From: Synechococcus sp. A15-28
GTDB taxonomy: Bacteria; Cyanobacteriota; Cyanobacteriia; PCC-6307; Cyanobiaceae
Reading direction: 5' to 3'
DNA: 32,000 bases
Assembly (NCBI RefSeq): GCF_014280175.1
Contig: NZ_CP047931.1
Span: 2,010,001-2,042,000 of the forward strand
This document shows, piece by piece, positions 10,132 to 20,684 of this stretch (position 1 is the stretch's first letter; the number at the start of each line of letters is the position of its first letter). A program made the position numbers and the translations under genes. The notes beneath the pieces were generated by a model. That model ran no database searches. It saw only the letters and a list, made by a program, of their open reading frames with translations, and was not told where the DNA came from.

Positions 10132-11301
10132 ATGGGACAGATCCTGCTGCTGAGCAACGGTCACGGTGAAGACGTCTCCGGCGCGCTGATCGGTCAGGCC
10201 CTTCAGTCCCTGGGGCATAGCGTTCAGGCCCTGCCACTGGCGGGGCTGGGCCGTCCCTACCAACAGGCCGGCATTGCCCTGCTGGGGCGCAGCCACGAAT
10301 TCAGCACCGGAGGCATCGGCTACACCAGCCTGCGCGGGCGGCTGACGGAACTGGTGCAAGGGCAGATCCTCTACCTGTTGCGACGCCTGCTGCGGCTGCT
10401 GCGCCACAGCCATCGCTTCGATCTGATCGTGGTGGTGGGGGATGTCATCCCGGTGATCGCCGCCTGGCTGACCCGCAGGCCGGTGGCCACCTATCTCGTG
10501 GCCTATTCGAGCCACTACGAAGGACGGCTGCGTTTGCCCTGGCCCTGCGGCGAACTCCTGGCCACCCCTCGCTTCCAGGCGGTGTTCAGCCGGGACCAGC
10601 TCACGGCGGACGACCTCACCACCCAGCTGCAACGTTCGGTGCGCTTCGTCGGAAACCCGTTCATGGACCCCGTGCTGGCGCCAGCCGCAGCGCTGCCCAC
10701 CGCCCGGCAACGCATCGGACTGCTGCCCGGCAGTCGCCGGCCGGAACTGGAGCACAACCTGCTGCTGCTGCTGCAATTGATCGAGAAGCTCCCCGTCGCT
10801 GCGGAGCTGAGCGTGGATCTGGCCCTGGTGGCGAGCCTGGAGGACACAGCCCTGCAGGCTCTGGCCGGCAGCGTCGGCTGGCGTCTGGAGCAGGGGGTGC
10901 TGAGCCGAGAAGACACCGTGCCGATCACCTTGCGGCGCGACGCCTTCCAATCCGTGCTGCAACACAGCGATCTGGTCATCGGCATGGCCGGCACAGCGAT
11001 TGAACAGGCCATCGGCCTGGCCAAACCCGCTCTGCAACTTCCAGGGGAAGGCCCCCAGTTCACCGCCCGGTTTGCGGAGGCACAGCGCCGGTTGCTGGGG
11101 CCAACGGTTTTCTGTGCCCCCGGCGACGCCGGTTCCCGCGACAACATCGCAGCCACAGCTGCGCTGGCGCTGGACTTGCTGAACCGCTCCCGCAGTGATC
11201 AGGAGCTGCACGAGCAGTGCCGCCGCGAAGCCAGCCGCCGTCTCGGAACAGCCGGGGGAGGCACAAGAATGGCAGCAGCCATCAGCGAACTCCTGCCATG
11301 A
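10132..11301 (+). CDS. Lipid-A-disaccharide synthase-related protein (LpxB-like glycosyltransferase)
   Basis: ILLLSNGHGEDVSGALIGQALQSLGHSVQALPLAGLGRPYQQAG...FVGNPFMDPVL...GLLPGSRRPELEHNL...GMAGTAIEQAIGLAKPAL; LpxB/MurG-like GT-B. Confidence 0.85.
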   Translation: MGQILLLSNGHGEDVSGALIGQALQSLGHSVQALPLAGLGRPYQQAGIALLGRSHEFSTGGIGYTSLRGRLTELVQGQILYLLRRLLRLLRHSHRFDLIVVVGDVIPVIAAWLTRRPVATYLVAYSSHYEGRLRLPWPCGELLATPRFQAVFSRDQLTADDLTTQLQRSVRFVGNPFMDPVLAPAAALPTARQRIGLLPGSRRPELEHNLLLLLQLIEKLPVAAELSVDLALVASLEDTALQALAGSVGWRLEQGVLSREDTVPITLRRDAFQSVLQHSDLVIGMAGTAIEQAIGLAKPALQLPGEGPQFTARFAEAQRRLLGPTVFCAPGDAGSRDNIAATAALALDLLNRSRSDQELHEQCRREASRRLGTAGGGTRMAAAISELLP

Positions 11302-11570
11302 GTGCGTTCTCGGAACCGAGCTGGAAACGCTGGCTGGATCGGCTGCTGATGCTCAACGTGCTCGTGGTGATCCTCGGCGCCGGCTTCTTCGGGGTCGCCG
11401 TTGCGGCCCAGACCCAGGGCCGCAATGCACCGATGGATCTGTTTCAGACCCTGTGGCAGCCCCTGTTCACCCCGGCCATCAGCCTGCTGATCATGGCGGC
11501 CCTGGTGAGCGGAATTCTCAGCTGGTGGCAGCGGCGAGTGCTGAAGGCAGGTCGGGATAGCGGAAGTTGA
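11298..11570 (+). CDS. Small cyanobacterial membrane protein
   Basis: MSAFSEPSWKRWLDRLLMLNVLVVILGAGFFGVAVAAQTQGRNAPMDLFQTLWQPLFTPAISLLIMAALVSGILSWWQRR; two predicted TM helices. Its ATG overlaps the upstream stop (ATGA). Confidence 0.8.
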   Translation: MSAFSEPSWKRWLDRLLMLNVLVVILGAGFFGVAVAAQTQGRNAPMDLFQTLWQPLFTPAISLLIMAALVSGILSWWQRRVLKAGRDSGS

Positions 11571-12447
11571 ACCCGAGGCTCTCCAGCCGCTCGGATTGCA
11601 CCTGCTGGCCCTCAAGCACCACCTTGGCGCCATCTCCGAGCAGCACCTGCAGCACCGGGCCCGGGACGGGCAACAGGCTGGGACGGCCCAGACTGCGGCC
11701 GAGTTCCCGGGCGAACGCCGTCATCGACACCGGCTCGGGGGCGACGCCATTGACCACACCGGACCAGGACGTGTCCTCCAGGCCCCGCTGAATCAGGGCG
11801 CAGAGGTCACTGCGATGAATCCAACTCATCCATTGCTGGCCGGAACCGATCGGCCCACCGAAGCCGGCGCGGAACACCGGCAGCATCTTGCCGAGGGCAC
11901 CACCACCGGCCGCGATCACGATGCCGATCCGCACGGTCACCAGACGGGTTGCGGCAGGAACCGCCGCAGCCGCTGCCTCCCAGCGTTCACACAACGACGC
12001 CAGAAAATCGGAACCGGCGGCACTGGACTCCTGGAAGCAGGCGTCGGGACTGGTGCCGTAAAACCCGATGGCGGACGCGTTCACCAGCACCTGGGGTGAA
12101 GCCGGCAGGGCGGCCATCGCCTCCACCAGCAGACGTGTGGTGTCCAGTCGACTGTTCTCGAGGAGCTTCAGGTGGGCGGCGGTCCAGCGCTGCTCGGCGA
12201 TCGGCTCCCCCGCCAGATTCACCACACCATCCGCCTGCGTGAGGGCGTCCTTCAGGGAGGGCTCCTGCCAGCTGGCGGGCTGGGCCGGGTCAAGCTGCAG
12301 CCAGGCCATGCGCCCATCGCTGCGTTCCGCCTCGTAACCCCGGGGAAGACGACGGCTGACGATGGTGACCTGATGGCCGGATTGAATCAGCTGAGGAACC
12401 AGTTCCCTGCCGACAAATCCAGTGCATCCCAGCAGCAGCAGTCGCAT
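11518..12447 (-). CDS. TIGR01777-family NAD-dependent epimerase
   Basis: MRLLLLGCTGFVGRELVPQLIQSGHQVTIVSRR...VNLAGEPIAEQRWTAAHLKLLENSRLDTTRLLVEAM...NASAIGFYGTS; typical of YfcH/SulA-like epimerases. Confidence 0.92.
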   Translation of the reverse strand: MRLLLLGCTGFVGRELVPQLIQSGHQVTIVSRRLPRGYEAERSDGRMAWLQLDPAQPASWQEPSLKDALTQADGVVNLAGEPIAEQRWTAAHLKLLENSRLDTTRLLVEAMAALPASPQVLVNASAIGFYGTSPDACFQESSAAGSDFLASLCERWEAAAAAVPAATRLVTVRIGIVIAAGGGALGKMLPVFRAGFGGPIGSGQQWMSWIHRSDLCALIQRGLEDTSWSGVVNGVAPEPVSMTAFARELGRSLGRPSLLPVPGPVLQVLLGDGAKVVLEGQQVQSERLESLGFNFRYPDLPSALAAATS

Positions 12448-12531
12448 GGGTCCTTGAGATGTGCGTCGGGGAGGCTAGGGCGAATCGATCGTGTACGGGC
12501 TTTAGCCTGATCCCATTCCCTGCCTGCCCAG

Positions 12532-12786
12532 ATGGCCGAAACCGACACCAAGGCCCCCGCCAAGGCCAAACCGGCGGCTCTGCGCAAGGGCGCCCTGGTG
12601 AAAGTGAACCGTGCGGCCTACAGCGCCAGCCTGGAAGCCTCCGCCAGCGACTCGACAGCACCGGATTACATCTTTGAAGGTCCTGGGGAGCTGCTGCTGG
12701 TGAAAGGGGACTATGGCCAGGTGCGTTGGAACCGTCCGGTCCCGGATGTGTGGCTGCGCATGGATCAGTTGGAATCCTGCGGCTGA
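12532..12786 (+). CDS. ndhO: NAD(P)H-quinone oxidoreductase subunit O
   Basis: [66 protein letters not shown]; NdhO signature. Confidence 0.93.
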   Translation: MAETDTKAPAKAKPAALRKGALVKVNRAAYSASLEASASDSTAPDYIFEGPGELLLVKGDYGQVRWNRPVPDVWLRMDQLESCG

Positions 12787-14804
12787 GTCAGGGCACCCTC
12801 CACAAGCTTCACCGCCGTCGGCACGCTGCTGATGGCGGAGGGCAAACGCCAGACGGCACCGCCCAGAACTGCACTGAGGTCGGCCAGGGCCACCAGAACG
12901 CCGTTGTTCTGCTGGGAAGCGGCCTGATCCGCCACCGTTGAAGCGGCCCAGGGCATCCAGCCCGCGAGGAGCACCACGCTCCGGTACGCCGCAGGCCAGG
13001 GGCTCTGCGGGTCTAAACGCTGCAGAGCGGCGAACTGGTCAGCCGCTTCCCCGGGACGGTTGGCCAGCACCGCCAGGAGGGCCAGACTCCAGCGTGCCTG
13101 TGCATCTTCAGGGTTGATGGCGAGCTGCTGCTGCGCCTGCCCTGCCACCTGCTGCCGATAGAGAAAATGGCCATCCAGCATGTGCTCCACGGCCACAGCG
13201 GAGAAGACCGGATCCAGGCCGGAAGGACCTGCCGCCAGACCAGCGGCCAAAGCAGGAAACGCAGCGGCAAATCCAAGCGATGCCGGTCGATCCGAACGGC
13301 GGCGCCAAAGGGAATAACTGCCTCCTTTCGGGCGCGGGAAGCGCTGCACCTGCTCAAACACACCGCTGCTGCGAACGGCACGGTCCAGCTTGCGAGCTGC
13401 CTTGCGGACCGAGCCCTGATCCCCCTCCGACAGCACCACCCACTCGGCCCGCGCCAGGACCGGAGCCCGGTCACGGCGGCTGCCCCCCAGCTGGCGACCG
13501 ACGAGCCGGCCTCCGCCGCGACGGCCATAGAAGCTGACGTTGTGCTGGTTGAGATCCGGTGTGCTCGGCACCACGATCACCGTGCGGGGCTCCGCCGCAG
13601 GATCCGCACCACCGGCGGCCTGCACCAGGGCCTGCAGAGGCCCCCGCGGCCGATCCTGCAGGCGCTCCCACTGATGGCTCCACCCCGCCGGGACACAGGC
13701 CAGAAGCCCGATGCCCAGGAGGGGGCTGGTCCAGCGGGGACGCCACTGCCGCAACCAGAGCCCCCATTGCCACCAGCCGCGACTGAGCAGCAGCAGCAAC
13801 GCCGGCAGCAACGGCGCGATGTAGCGATCGCCCTTGTTGGGGCTGAGGCTGGTGAGCAGCCAGGCCGCCAGCAGGTTGATCACCAGCCAGCTCCAGCACC
13901 AGCCGTCGTCACCTGAAGTGCGGGAGCGCTGAACCCACCAGAGCACCAGGCCGGAGACGCCCACCACCAACAGCACCAGTCCCAGCTGCTCCGGCAACAG
14001 CCTCGGATACCACAACCAACCCTCCAGGCTCAGCAGTCCAGGGTCTCCCTCACGGGCGGCGGACTCGAACACCGCGCGATTGGTGCCTCCAAGGCTGGTG
14101 ATCCAGTTGTGCCGAAGCCAGGGCAAGACCATGGCTGATCCAAGCAGCGGCAGCACCAGGGCCTGTCGCCGCCACACCCCCCGGCGTCGCAAGGCGATCC
14201 AGGCAGCCCAGAGTCCAGCCGGTGCCAGCGCCAGCAGGGCGCTCTGCTTCACCAGCGCCGCCGCCAGGGCCGCAACGGTCGCCCAACACACCTGGCCCCA
14301 ACGTCCACCGGTGCTGGGATCACACCAGACGGCCAACCGCCAGAGCGCCAAGGTGACCATCGCCGCCAGGGGCATCTCCAGCACATAGTCCGTTCGGAGA
14401 TCCAGCAGCGCCGGCGTCAGAGCCGTCAGCAGACAGGCCAGCAGAGCCAGGCCTTCACCCCGAAGCCGATACCCCCAACCAGCCACGGCCAGTAGCAACA
14501 GTCCATGCCAGAGGCTGAGGCTCCAGGCGGCATCCGCCGGGGCATCGCCGCTCACGGCCATCACGGTGCCATTCACCAGGGAGGCCAGCGGTGGAATCTT
14601 GGGGGAGAGATCCAGCAGGGCCGACCAACCGTTCCAACCTCCGCCGGGCAGCAGCCCAAGGGCCCGGCCATGGTCGAGGGCACTGTTGAGATAGTCCGCC
14701 TGATCCCAGGCGGGGACACCGGTCTGCTGCATCCACCACAGACGATCAACCGCCGTGGCCAGCAGCCAGATCATGGCCACCCCAAGTCCGAGACGACGGC
14801 TCAT
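12765..14804 (-). CDS. GT-C/ArnT-like polytopic membrane glycosyltransferase
   Basis: 679 aa. N-terminal TM helix, then [23 protein letters not shown], then multiple hydrophobic helices. Soluble C-terminal part. Confidence 0.75.
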   Translation of the reverse strand: MSRRLGLGVAMIWLLATAVDRLWWMQQTGVPAWDQADYLNSALDHGRALGLLPGGGWNGWSALLDLSPKIPPLASLVNGTVMAVSGDAPADAAWSLSLWHGLLLLAVAGWGYRLRGEGLALLACLLTALTPALLDLRTDYVLEMPLAAMVTLALWRLAVWCDPSTGGRWGQVCWATVAALAAALVKQSALLALAPAGLWAAWIALRRRGVWRRQALVLPLLGSAMVLPWLRHNWITSLGGTNRAVFESAAREGDPGLLSLEGWLWYPRLLPEQLGLVLLVVGVSGLVLWWVQRSRTSGDDGWCWSWLVINLLAAWLLTSLSPNKGDRYIAPLLPALLLLLSRGWWQWGLWLRQWRPRWTSPLLGIGLLACVPAGWSHQWERLQDRPRGPLQALVQAAGGADPAAEPRTVIVVPSTPDLNQHNVSFYGRRGGGRLVGRQLGGSRRDRAPVLARAEWVVLSEGDQGSVRKAARKLDRAVRSSGVFEQVQRFPRPKGGSYSLWRRRSDRPASLGFAAAFPALAAGLAAGPSGLDPVFSAVAVEHMLDGHFLYRQQVAGQAQQQLAINPEDAQARWSLALLAVLANRPGEAADQFAALQRLDPQSPWPAAYRSVVLLAGWMPWAASTVADQAASQQNNGVLVALADLSAVLGGAVWRLPSAISSVPTAVKLVEGALTQPQDSN

Positions 14805-15475
14805 GCGATCTCCAGGCGCCGGTGCTCATCCTGCAAGCGTTGGCGCCGCTGCTTGGCTTCCCGCAACATCTCCCGGCCATCGTGGAGGTAGTTGTCCACG
14901 TAACCCATGGTGTAGCGCTCCAGCTCCGCCAGGGCGTCCTCCACTTCCGAGAAGCAGTGGTAAATGCTCAAACCAAAGCCACGGGCCGCCGCAGGGGTGG
15001 GCAGGCTCTGAAACAGTTCCTTGACGCGTTCCATCCGACGGCTACTGCTTTCCAGGTAACGGCAGAAGTCCTCCATCAAGGCGTCGTCATAGGGATCAGC
15101 CGAGAGGGCCTTGAGCTGCTTGGGGAAGGGATTGATCACCTCACCCAGCAGCCGGTCGATGGGCGCATAAACCTGCCGTAACCAGCGCACCAGGGCGTCA
15201 TCGGCCTGAACCGCGCGGTCGTGGCCCGTTGCCGCCCGCCGCAGATCCCGGGCCGCTGTTCCAGCGGCGGCGGCGGCGGTGATCCGGCTGCGGTCGTGGG
15301 CGCGGCGCCGCTCCGGATCACCGAGAACCTCCCAGGCGGCATTGAGGGCGAGCATGCGCTGGTCGTCGCCACCGGCATCGGGGTGGTGCTGCTTCACCAG
15401 GCGTCGATAGGCCGCCTTGATCTCAGCGGCGCTGGCGCTGCTGCTCACCCCAAGCTCGGCATAGGGATCGGCCAT
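14801..15475 (-). CDS. J-domain (DnaJ-like) protein
   Basis: [59 protein letters not shown]; J-domain with HPD motif. Confidence 0.92.
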   Translation of the reverse strand: MADPYAELGVSSSASAAEIKAAYRRLVKQHHPDAGGDDQRMLALNAAWEVLGDPERRRAHDRSRITAAAAAGTAARDLRRAATGHDRAVQADDALVRWLRQVYAPIDRLLGEVINPFPKQLKALSADPYDDALMEDFCRYLESSSRRMERVKELFQSLPTPAAARGFGLSIYHCFSEVEDALAELERYTMGYVDNYLHDGREMLREAKQRRQRLQDEHRRLEIA

Positions 15476-15499
15476 CGGTTCCCGTCTCTGCTCCCATCG

Positions 15500-16468
15500 T
15501 CACAGCATCGGGTCCTGACGTGCGGGCATCGGGGCGGCGCCACTGAACATCGGTGTGGAGAGATAACGCTCGCCGTAGCTGGCGAGCATCACCACCACGC
15601 GCCGTCCCTGCAGCTCGGGCCGCTGTCCCAACCGCAGAGCCGCAGCCACGGCAGCACCACTGCTGATCCCACAGAGCAGGCCCTCCTCTCGGGCCAGCCG
15701 ACGGCCCACGTCCATGGCCTCCTCGTCGGACACGGTCATGACCGCATCGATCAGATCAAGATCGAGCACCGCAGGGACGAACCCGGCACCGATGCCCTGA
15801 ATGCGATGGGCGCCTGGCGCCTGGCCTGACAACACAGCACTACCAGCCGGCTCCACCGCCACCACCTGCAAATCCGGTTGGCGCTGCTTCAGCAACCGCG
15901 CACAACCGGTGATGGTGCCGCCGGTGCCGACGCCGGCCACCAGGGCATCCAGCTGGCCGTCACAGTCGTACCAGATCTCTTCAGCGGTGGTGCGCTCGTG
16001 CACCGCAGGGTTCGCCGGGTTGTCGAATTGCTGCAACAGATAGGCCTCAGGGATCTCCTCCACCAACTCCTTCGCCAGGGCAATGGCTCCAGCCATGCCC
16101 TGGGCACCATCGGTGAGCTGCAGCTCAGCGCCGTAGGCGCGCAGCATCGAACGCCGTTCAGTGCTCATCGTGTCCGGCATGGTGAGGATGAGCCGATAGC
16201 CCCGAGCGGCGGCGACCATCGCCAGGGCAATACCGGTGTTACCGCTGGTGGGCTCCACCAGCACGGTTCGTCCCGGCTGAATCGTGCCCTCCTGTTCCGC
16301 TGCCAGCACCATGGCGCTGGCAATTCGATCCTTCACCGAAGCCGAGGGATTGAAGCTTTCCAGCTTGGCGACCACATCGGCCCCACAGCCAAACTGCGCT
16401 GGAAGGCGGTTGAGACGAACCAGGGGCGTGCCTCCGATCAGGCCAGTGATATCGGAGGCGATGGCCAT
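15500..16468 (-). CDS. cysK: Cysteine synthase A (O-acetylserine sulfhydrylase)
   Basis: [16 protein letters not shown]...[16 protein letters not shown]...[22 protein letters not shown]...[10 protein letters not shown]...; PLP-enzyme CysK hallmarks. Confidence 0.96.
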   Translation of the reverse strand: MAIASDITGLIGGTPLVRLNRLPAQFGCGADVVAKLESFNPSASVKDRIASAMVLAAEQEGTIQPGRTVLVEPTSGNTGIALAMVAAARGYRLILTMPDTMSTERRSMLRAYGAELQLTDGAQGMAGAIALAKELVEEIPEAYLLQQFDNPANPAVHERTTAEEIWYDCDGQLDALVAGVGTGGTITGCARLLKQRQPDLQVVAVEPAGSAVLSGQAPGAHRIQGIGAGFVPAVLDLDLIDAVMTVSDEEAMDVGRRLAREEGLLCGISSGAAVAAALRLGQRPELQGRRVVVMLASYGERYLSTPMFSGAAPMPARQDPML

Positions 16469-16478
16469 GGCAGTGGGG

Positions 16479-18506
16479 TCAGAAACGGAAGACCGACTGA
16501 ATCAAACCGCCAAAAATGCCGAAGGTCGATGCGCCGTCCTGGTCCTGATCACCGCTGAGGTTGGCGGTGTAATGACCCAATGGACGCGACATCCAGAACA
16601 CCGATGGCGTGATCTGAATGTTGTCGGTGACCTGGAAGGAGGCGTAAAGCTCCACCAGATAGTTGGCATCGTTGGCGGTGTATCCACCAGCGAGCTCCGT
16701 CGCAAAGTTGGGCATGCCGAAGCTGACGCCGAGGTCGTTGCCGACATCAAACACGTCGTCCCATTTGAGGCCAACGAACCAGGATTGGCTGGCCACAGGG
16801 GAGTACTTGAAGAATCCCTTACCGGTGATGGCACTGCGGGCGTAGCCCACAGACACTGAGGGAACCCAGCCGGTCTCCTGGGGCACCCAATAACCATTCA
16901 AAGCGAAGTTGTGGCTGTTGCGCTCACTGCGCTCGGCGATGTAGTCGCCCTGATAGAGATCTTCTTCCGTCCAATTCCAGACGTCACGCCAACATTCATT
17001 GTTGAATGAATCATCCATCATGAAATTGGTGCCACGGCGCTGCCCCGTACCGCACTGGCCGTAGCGGTAAGCGAAGGCGACGCCGTATTCCTCTCCACCC
17101 CAGCCGGTCTGGATGAGGAAATTTCCGCGGGAGTTATTCGTGAACAGGCCACCGAGCACTGGATCACCGTCACCACCATCCTCAGCCACGTAGTTCATCG
17201 AGAGTGAGAAGGCCGGGTCACCCTTGTTTTCGGTCTTCTCCTTGTAAATCACTCCGAACAGCGCACCCGTGGCTTTGTTGTAAACGTTGGAAGCACCGGC
17301 CAGTCCGGTCCAATCGAGGATACGAGCACCGCCCCGGTTGTAGGCCGAGGGCCACATTCCCAGACTCTCGGTGTTTCTCGCCATCGGACCAACGATGAAG
17401 GTGAGCGAGTGATCAATCAATTCGTCATTCTTGAGAGGGAAGCGGTAATACAAACGACCCAAGCCAAGAATATCGTCCGTACAAGGTGCTGTACTGAGCT
17501 TCGTCAAAGCCACACCATCGCCAGCAAAGGCGTTATCGCAGAAGTTACCCGCCGTGAAACTTGCATAAAGAAGATCTTTCCCTGTGAAAGACGTCTTCAG
17601 GTTCAGCTTCTGTTCATAGTTAAAGGTGGCAGCGCCGTACTGACTGTTGTAAGCGCGGGTTCCTCCCCCTGAGCCATCTTTTTTCCAGGCTTTATGGTCC
17701 CGGAATTTACGGGAACGAATGTCTTTGTAGTGCTTCTCAAGCTTGGTCCCTTTGATGATCTCGGTACCGCTTTTGCCGTCTTTTTCCTTCAATGAACCAT
17801 CGCGGTTATGAACAGCCCGCCAGGCCTTGCGGGTCTTCTGCCATGAGCGGCTGTTCTGCGTCGAGCCGAGGGGCGACTCACGACCATCAATTTCGACAAT
17901 CTGGTGCTTCTGGTCGTAATCCCAGTAGTACTTGGAACCATCATTGGTGCCATAGGCCTTGGTGGAGCCCATGGTGAAGGTGCTCTTGCCCTTCAATTTG
18001 GTGGTGGTGGAGAACTGGCTGGCTTCCAGGGAGCCAACTCGATCCTCCAGCAGCATGATGCTGCCGGCCACAAAGTTGAGTTCGGATTCGAATTCCTTCA
18101 GCAGCTGCTCCACCTCTTCGGTCATCTCCGTGACGCGATCAAGGCAGGATGCCAACAGCGCCGCCGCTTCATAACGGGTGATCGGGATGTAGCCGCGGAA
18201 GCTGCCGTTGGGGTAGCCAGCCACACATCCATAGGTTTTTACCAACCTCACCAGGGCCTGATAGGCCCAGTCCGTGGGGTATACATCATTGAACTGATTA
18301 ACACTGGTGACCTGCTGGAGCAGTTGCTTGGCTTGTTCAAGATCGAGGGTCGCAGAGTAATCCGAAACCGAGTCAATGTTGAGGTCGGCAGCTTGTGCCG
18401 AAAGGGGAGCAATCAAAAACGTCAGTGCTGCTGGAGCGACCAAAAGGTGCTGGAGCAGTTTCATACCAATCCCCTCAACTTCCTGCAGGAAGCATTTCAA
18501 CAACAA
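16479..18506 (-). CDS. Porin 1 of array: SLH domain + OprB-like cyanobacterial outer-membrane porin, long variant
   Basis: Probable start is internal, [25 protein letters not shown] (signal peptide, about 18464). SLH region is [33 protein letters not shown]; beta-barrel ends ...[10 protein letters not shown]. Confidence 0.93.
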   Translation of the reverse strand: MLLKCFLQEVEGIGMKLLQHLLVAPAALTFLIAPLSAQAADLNIDSVSDYSATLDLEQAKQLLQQVTSVNQFNDVYPTDWAYQALVRLVKTYGCVAGYPNGSFRGYIPITRYEAAALLASCLDRVTEMTEEVEQLLKEFESELNFVAGSIMLLEDRVGSLEASQFSTTTKLKGKSTFTMGSTKAYGTNDGSKYYWDYDQKHQIVEIDGRESPLGSTQNSRSWQKTRKAWRAVHNRDGSLKEKDGKSGTEIIKGTKLEKHYKDIRSRKFRDHKAWKKDGSGGGTRAYNSQYGAATFNYEQKLNLKTSFTGKDLLYASFTAGNFCDNAFAGDGVALTKLSTAPCTDDILGLGRLYYRFPLKNDELIDHSLTFIVGPMARNTESLGMWPSAYNRGGARILDWTGLAGASNVYNKATGALFGVIYKEKTENKGDPAFSLSMNYVAEDGGDGDPVLGGLFTNNSRGNFLIQTGWGGEEYGVAFAYRYGQCGTGQRRGTNFMMDDSFNNECWRDVWNWTEEDLYQGDYIAERSERNSHNFALNGYWVPQETGWVPSVSVGYARSAITGKGFFKYSPVASQSWFVGLKWDDVFDVGNDLGVSFGMPNFATELAGGYTANDANYLVELYASFQVTDNIQITPSVFWMSRPLGHYTANLSGDQDQDGASTFGIFGGLIQSVFRF

Positions 18507-18565
18507 ACTGAAGGTACCGGACGTGGGGTGTGGTGCTAGTCCATTAACCCACCGTTAAACACAAT

Positions 18566-18590
18566 AAAAAAGCCCCCCTGATAGGGGGGC
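18566..18590 (-). terminator. Intrinsic terminator downstream of porin 2
   Basis: Minus strand GCCCCCCTATCAGGGGGGC followed by TTTTTT. Confidence 0.88.
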
Positions 18591-18618
18591 TGATCTGTGT
18601 GAGGAACAAGTCTGAAAA

Positions 18619-18634
18619 CCCGACCGAAGTCGGG
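18619..18634 (-). terminator. UUCG-loop hairpin just after porin 2 stop
   Basis: Minus strand CCCGACTTCGGTCGGG followed by TTTT; first of two tandem hairpins. Confidence 0.7.
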
Positions 18635-18642
18635 CCGTTGAA

Positions 18643-20160
18643 TCAGAACTTGAAGACGGTCTGAACGACGCCACCCCACTGAGACGCATCATCCACACCC
18701 TGAGACTGCTCAGGAAGGTAGAAGACTGCAGGAATGACTGAGATTTTGTCAGCCACCTTCAGCTTGAGGGAAGCTTCGATAGCAAGTTCAGGGGAATCAG
18801 GGTCATCGCCCTTTTGAGAGACAACGTACTGGGGGGCACCGAATCCGACAGCAAGCTTATGGCTTGTCTTTGCCAGCTTGTCCCACTGGAAACCAACCAT
18901 CCAGCTAGCAAGTTCTTCAACGTCAGAACCCTCAAGGGAGGAGAATCCATAACCAGCGCTGATTGAAGGAATCAGACCAGTCTCAGAAGGCTTCCAGAAA
19001 CCGTTGAGAGCAAAGTTATTGGAGTAGACATCGGTGCCCTTAGCGCAACTTTGCTCCTTAAAGAAGCCAGTTCCAAAACCTGCTTTGCACTGACCGTAGC
19101 GATAGCCGAAGGCAACACCCCACTTTTTAGATCCGTAGCCAATCTGGGCAGTCGTATTAGCACGTGAGTTGGAGCCGAACATGCCACCCGCGGTGGGATC
19201 GCTGTTCTCTGCTTCTCCAGCATCGGCGACATAGTTCACGGCAACAGTGAACTTAGGGTCCCCTTTAGCTACCTTCTGCTTCCAGATCAAGCCAACCAAA
19301 CCGCCGGTTTCTTTGTTGTAGACACCAGGTGTGCCCCAGTGACCACCAAACATGTTGAGGGTCTTCACTTTGTAAGCCGAGGGCTTCATACCCAAGCTTT
19401 CAGTATTCCGAGCCAGAGGGCCTACAATCGCGGTCAGGCCTTTTGCAACAGGGAAGCGATAGTAGAGACGATCAACTTCCATGACGTTTCCAGACATTCC
19501 GGAAACATCCAGCTTGCGCAATCCACCGGAGAAAGCAGACCCATCCTTCATGTTGCCACCGCGCAGGCGGGTGAAGAGAAGATCCTTACCAGTGAAAGAA
19601 GTCTTCAGACCAAGACGCAAGTCATAAGAGAAACTCAAGGCGTCATAGGCAGATTTGTCTGCGTCAGCCTCAGAATTAATGGCACCTGTAACGAAGGTAG
19701 CCTTACCTTTCAGCTTGGTGGTGGTGGAGAACTGAGTGGCTTCCAGTTCGCCAACGCGAGCTTCCAGACCGTCCACGCGGCCGCGGATCACAGCCAGCTC
19801 GGTTTCGAATTCTTTGATCAGACGACGCAGCTGATCGGTCACCTCGGTGATGCGGTCGAGGCAAGCGTTCAGCAGGGCAGCCGCTTCATAGCGGGTCATG
19901 GCCCGGTTGCCACTGAAGGTGCCGTTGGGGTAACCGGCGACGCAGCCGTAACGCTCGATCAGGTTGGCGAGTGCCTGGTAGGCCCAGTCAGTCGGGTAGA
20001 CGTCGGAGAACTGGGTGATGCTGGTGACCTGCTCTTCGGATGCCGAGTAGTCGGACACACCGTTGATGTTCAGGTCTGCGGCGTTGGCGCCGGAGGCCAG
20101 GAGGCCTAGGGCGGCAGGCGCTACCAGCAGTTGCTGGAAGAGTTTCATGAGATTCCTCAC
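18643..20160 (-). CDS. Porin 2 of array: SLH + OprB-like porin
   Basis: Signal peptide [23 protein letters not shown]; [36 protein letters not shown]; C-terminus GGVVQTVFKF*. Start is likely the ATG at about 20148 rather than the GTG at 20160. Confidence 0.94.
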   Translation of the reverse strand: MRNLMKLFQQLLVAPAALGLLASGANAADLNINGVSDYSASEEQVTSITQFSDVYPTDWAYQALANLIERYGCVAGYPNGTFSGNRAMTRYEAAALLNACLDRITEVTDQLRRLIKEFETELAVIRGRVDGLEARVGELEATQFSTTTKLKGKATFVTGAINSEADADKSAYDALSFSYDLRLGLKTSFTGKDLLFTRLRGGNMKDGSAFSGGLRKLDVSGMSGNVMEVDRLYYRFPVAKGLTAIVGPLARNTESLGMKPSAYKVKTLNMFGGHWGTPGVYNKETGGLVGLIWKQKVAKGDPKFTVAVNYVADAGEAENSDPTAGGMFGSNSRANTTAQIGYGSKKWGVAFGYRYGQCKAGFGTGFFKEQSCAKGTDVYSNNFALNGFWKPSETGLIPSISAGYGFSSLEGSDVEELASWMVGFQWDKLAKTSHKLAVGFGAPQYVVSQKGDDPDSPELAIEASLKLKVADKISVIPAVFYLPEQSQGVDDASQWGGVVQTVFKF

Positions 20161-20212
20161 ACCAAAATTGAGGGAAGTGGACAGAGAGTCCTACAGGAAA
20201 ATACTGGTGAAG
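19711..20212. repeat. ~502 bp near-identical direct repeat, copy A (porin 2 N-terminal half and leader)
   Basis: Aligns at constant offset 2168 to 21879-22380. Two mismatches seen by eye (gacGtcgg/gacAtcgg; cagGaaa/cagAaaa). Confidence 0.93.
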
Positions 20213-20376
20213 GAAAAGTCTGCACAGGAGGCCGCACTGTTATGTGTCCATTACTACGCCTTAACCAGTTTAAGCTTAGGTTAAATAACTAGGTTGAAGG
20301 TTGTTAGCCAAAGACAACCCAGCTCACAAAAGGTGGGTTGAGGAAGAAAGCACAAGTAGAGATTCTTCGTTGCTAA

Positions 20377-20506
20377 TTAGAAAATGAAGTTGGACTTCAC
20401 ATAAGCACCGTCAACATAATGTTGAGATCCGCAGCTTGTGCTATTTGAGACCAATCAAAAATGTCAGGGCTGCCGGTGCGACCAAAAGGTCCTGGAGAAG
20501 TTTCAT
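20377..20506 (-). pseudogene. Fifth porin copy collapsed to an internal-deletion remnant
   Basis: Reverse-complement reads [18 protein letters not shown] (compare porin 1 [18 protein letters not shown]), then in a shifted frame AQAADLNI, then directly VDGAYVKSNFIF* (compare porin 4 C-terminus VQGAYVKTTFTF*). Flanks are homologous to porin 1 upstream and porin 4 downstream sequence. Confidence 0.85.
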
Positions 20507-20609
20507 ACTCATCCCCTCAAATTCCTGCAGGAAGCATTACAACAACAAACTGAAGGCACCGAACTTGGGGAGTTGTGCTAGACCCCATTAACCCATTACT
20601 AAACACAAT

Positions 20610-20633
20610 AAAAAAGCCCCCCTGACGGGGGGC
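20610..20633 (-). terminator. Intrinsic terminator downstream of porin 3
   Basis: Minus strand GCCCCCCGTCAGGGGGGC followed by a T run. Confidence 0.88.
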
Positions 20634-20661
20634 TGATCTGTGTGAGGAACAAGTCTGAAAA

Positions 20662-20677
20662 CCCGACCGAAGTCGGG
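20662..20677 (-). terminator. UUCG-loop hairpin just after porin 3 stop
   Basis: Minus strand CCCGACTTCGGTCGGG then TTTT; duplicate of the porin 2 element. Confidence 0.7.
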
Positions 20678-20684
20678 TTATGAA

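Noticed and set aside
20315-20340. Hairpin CAACCCA...TGGGTTG considered as a functional terminator or small RNA
   Set aside because: No U tract follows in either direction. Best explained as the decayed terminator of the porin remnant, by comparison with the porin 4 terminator at 22483-22504.
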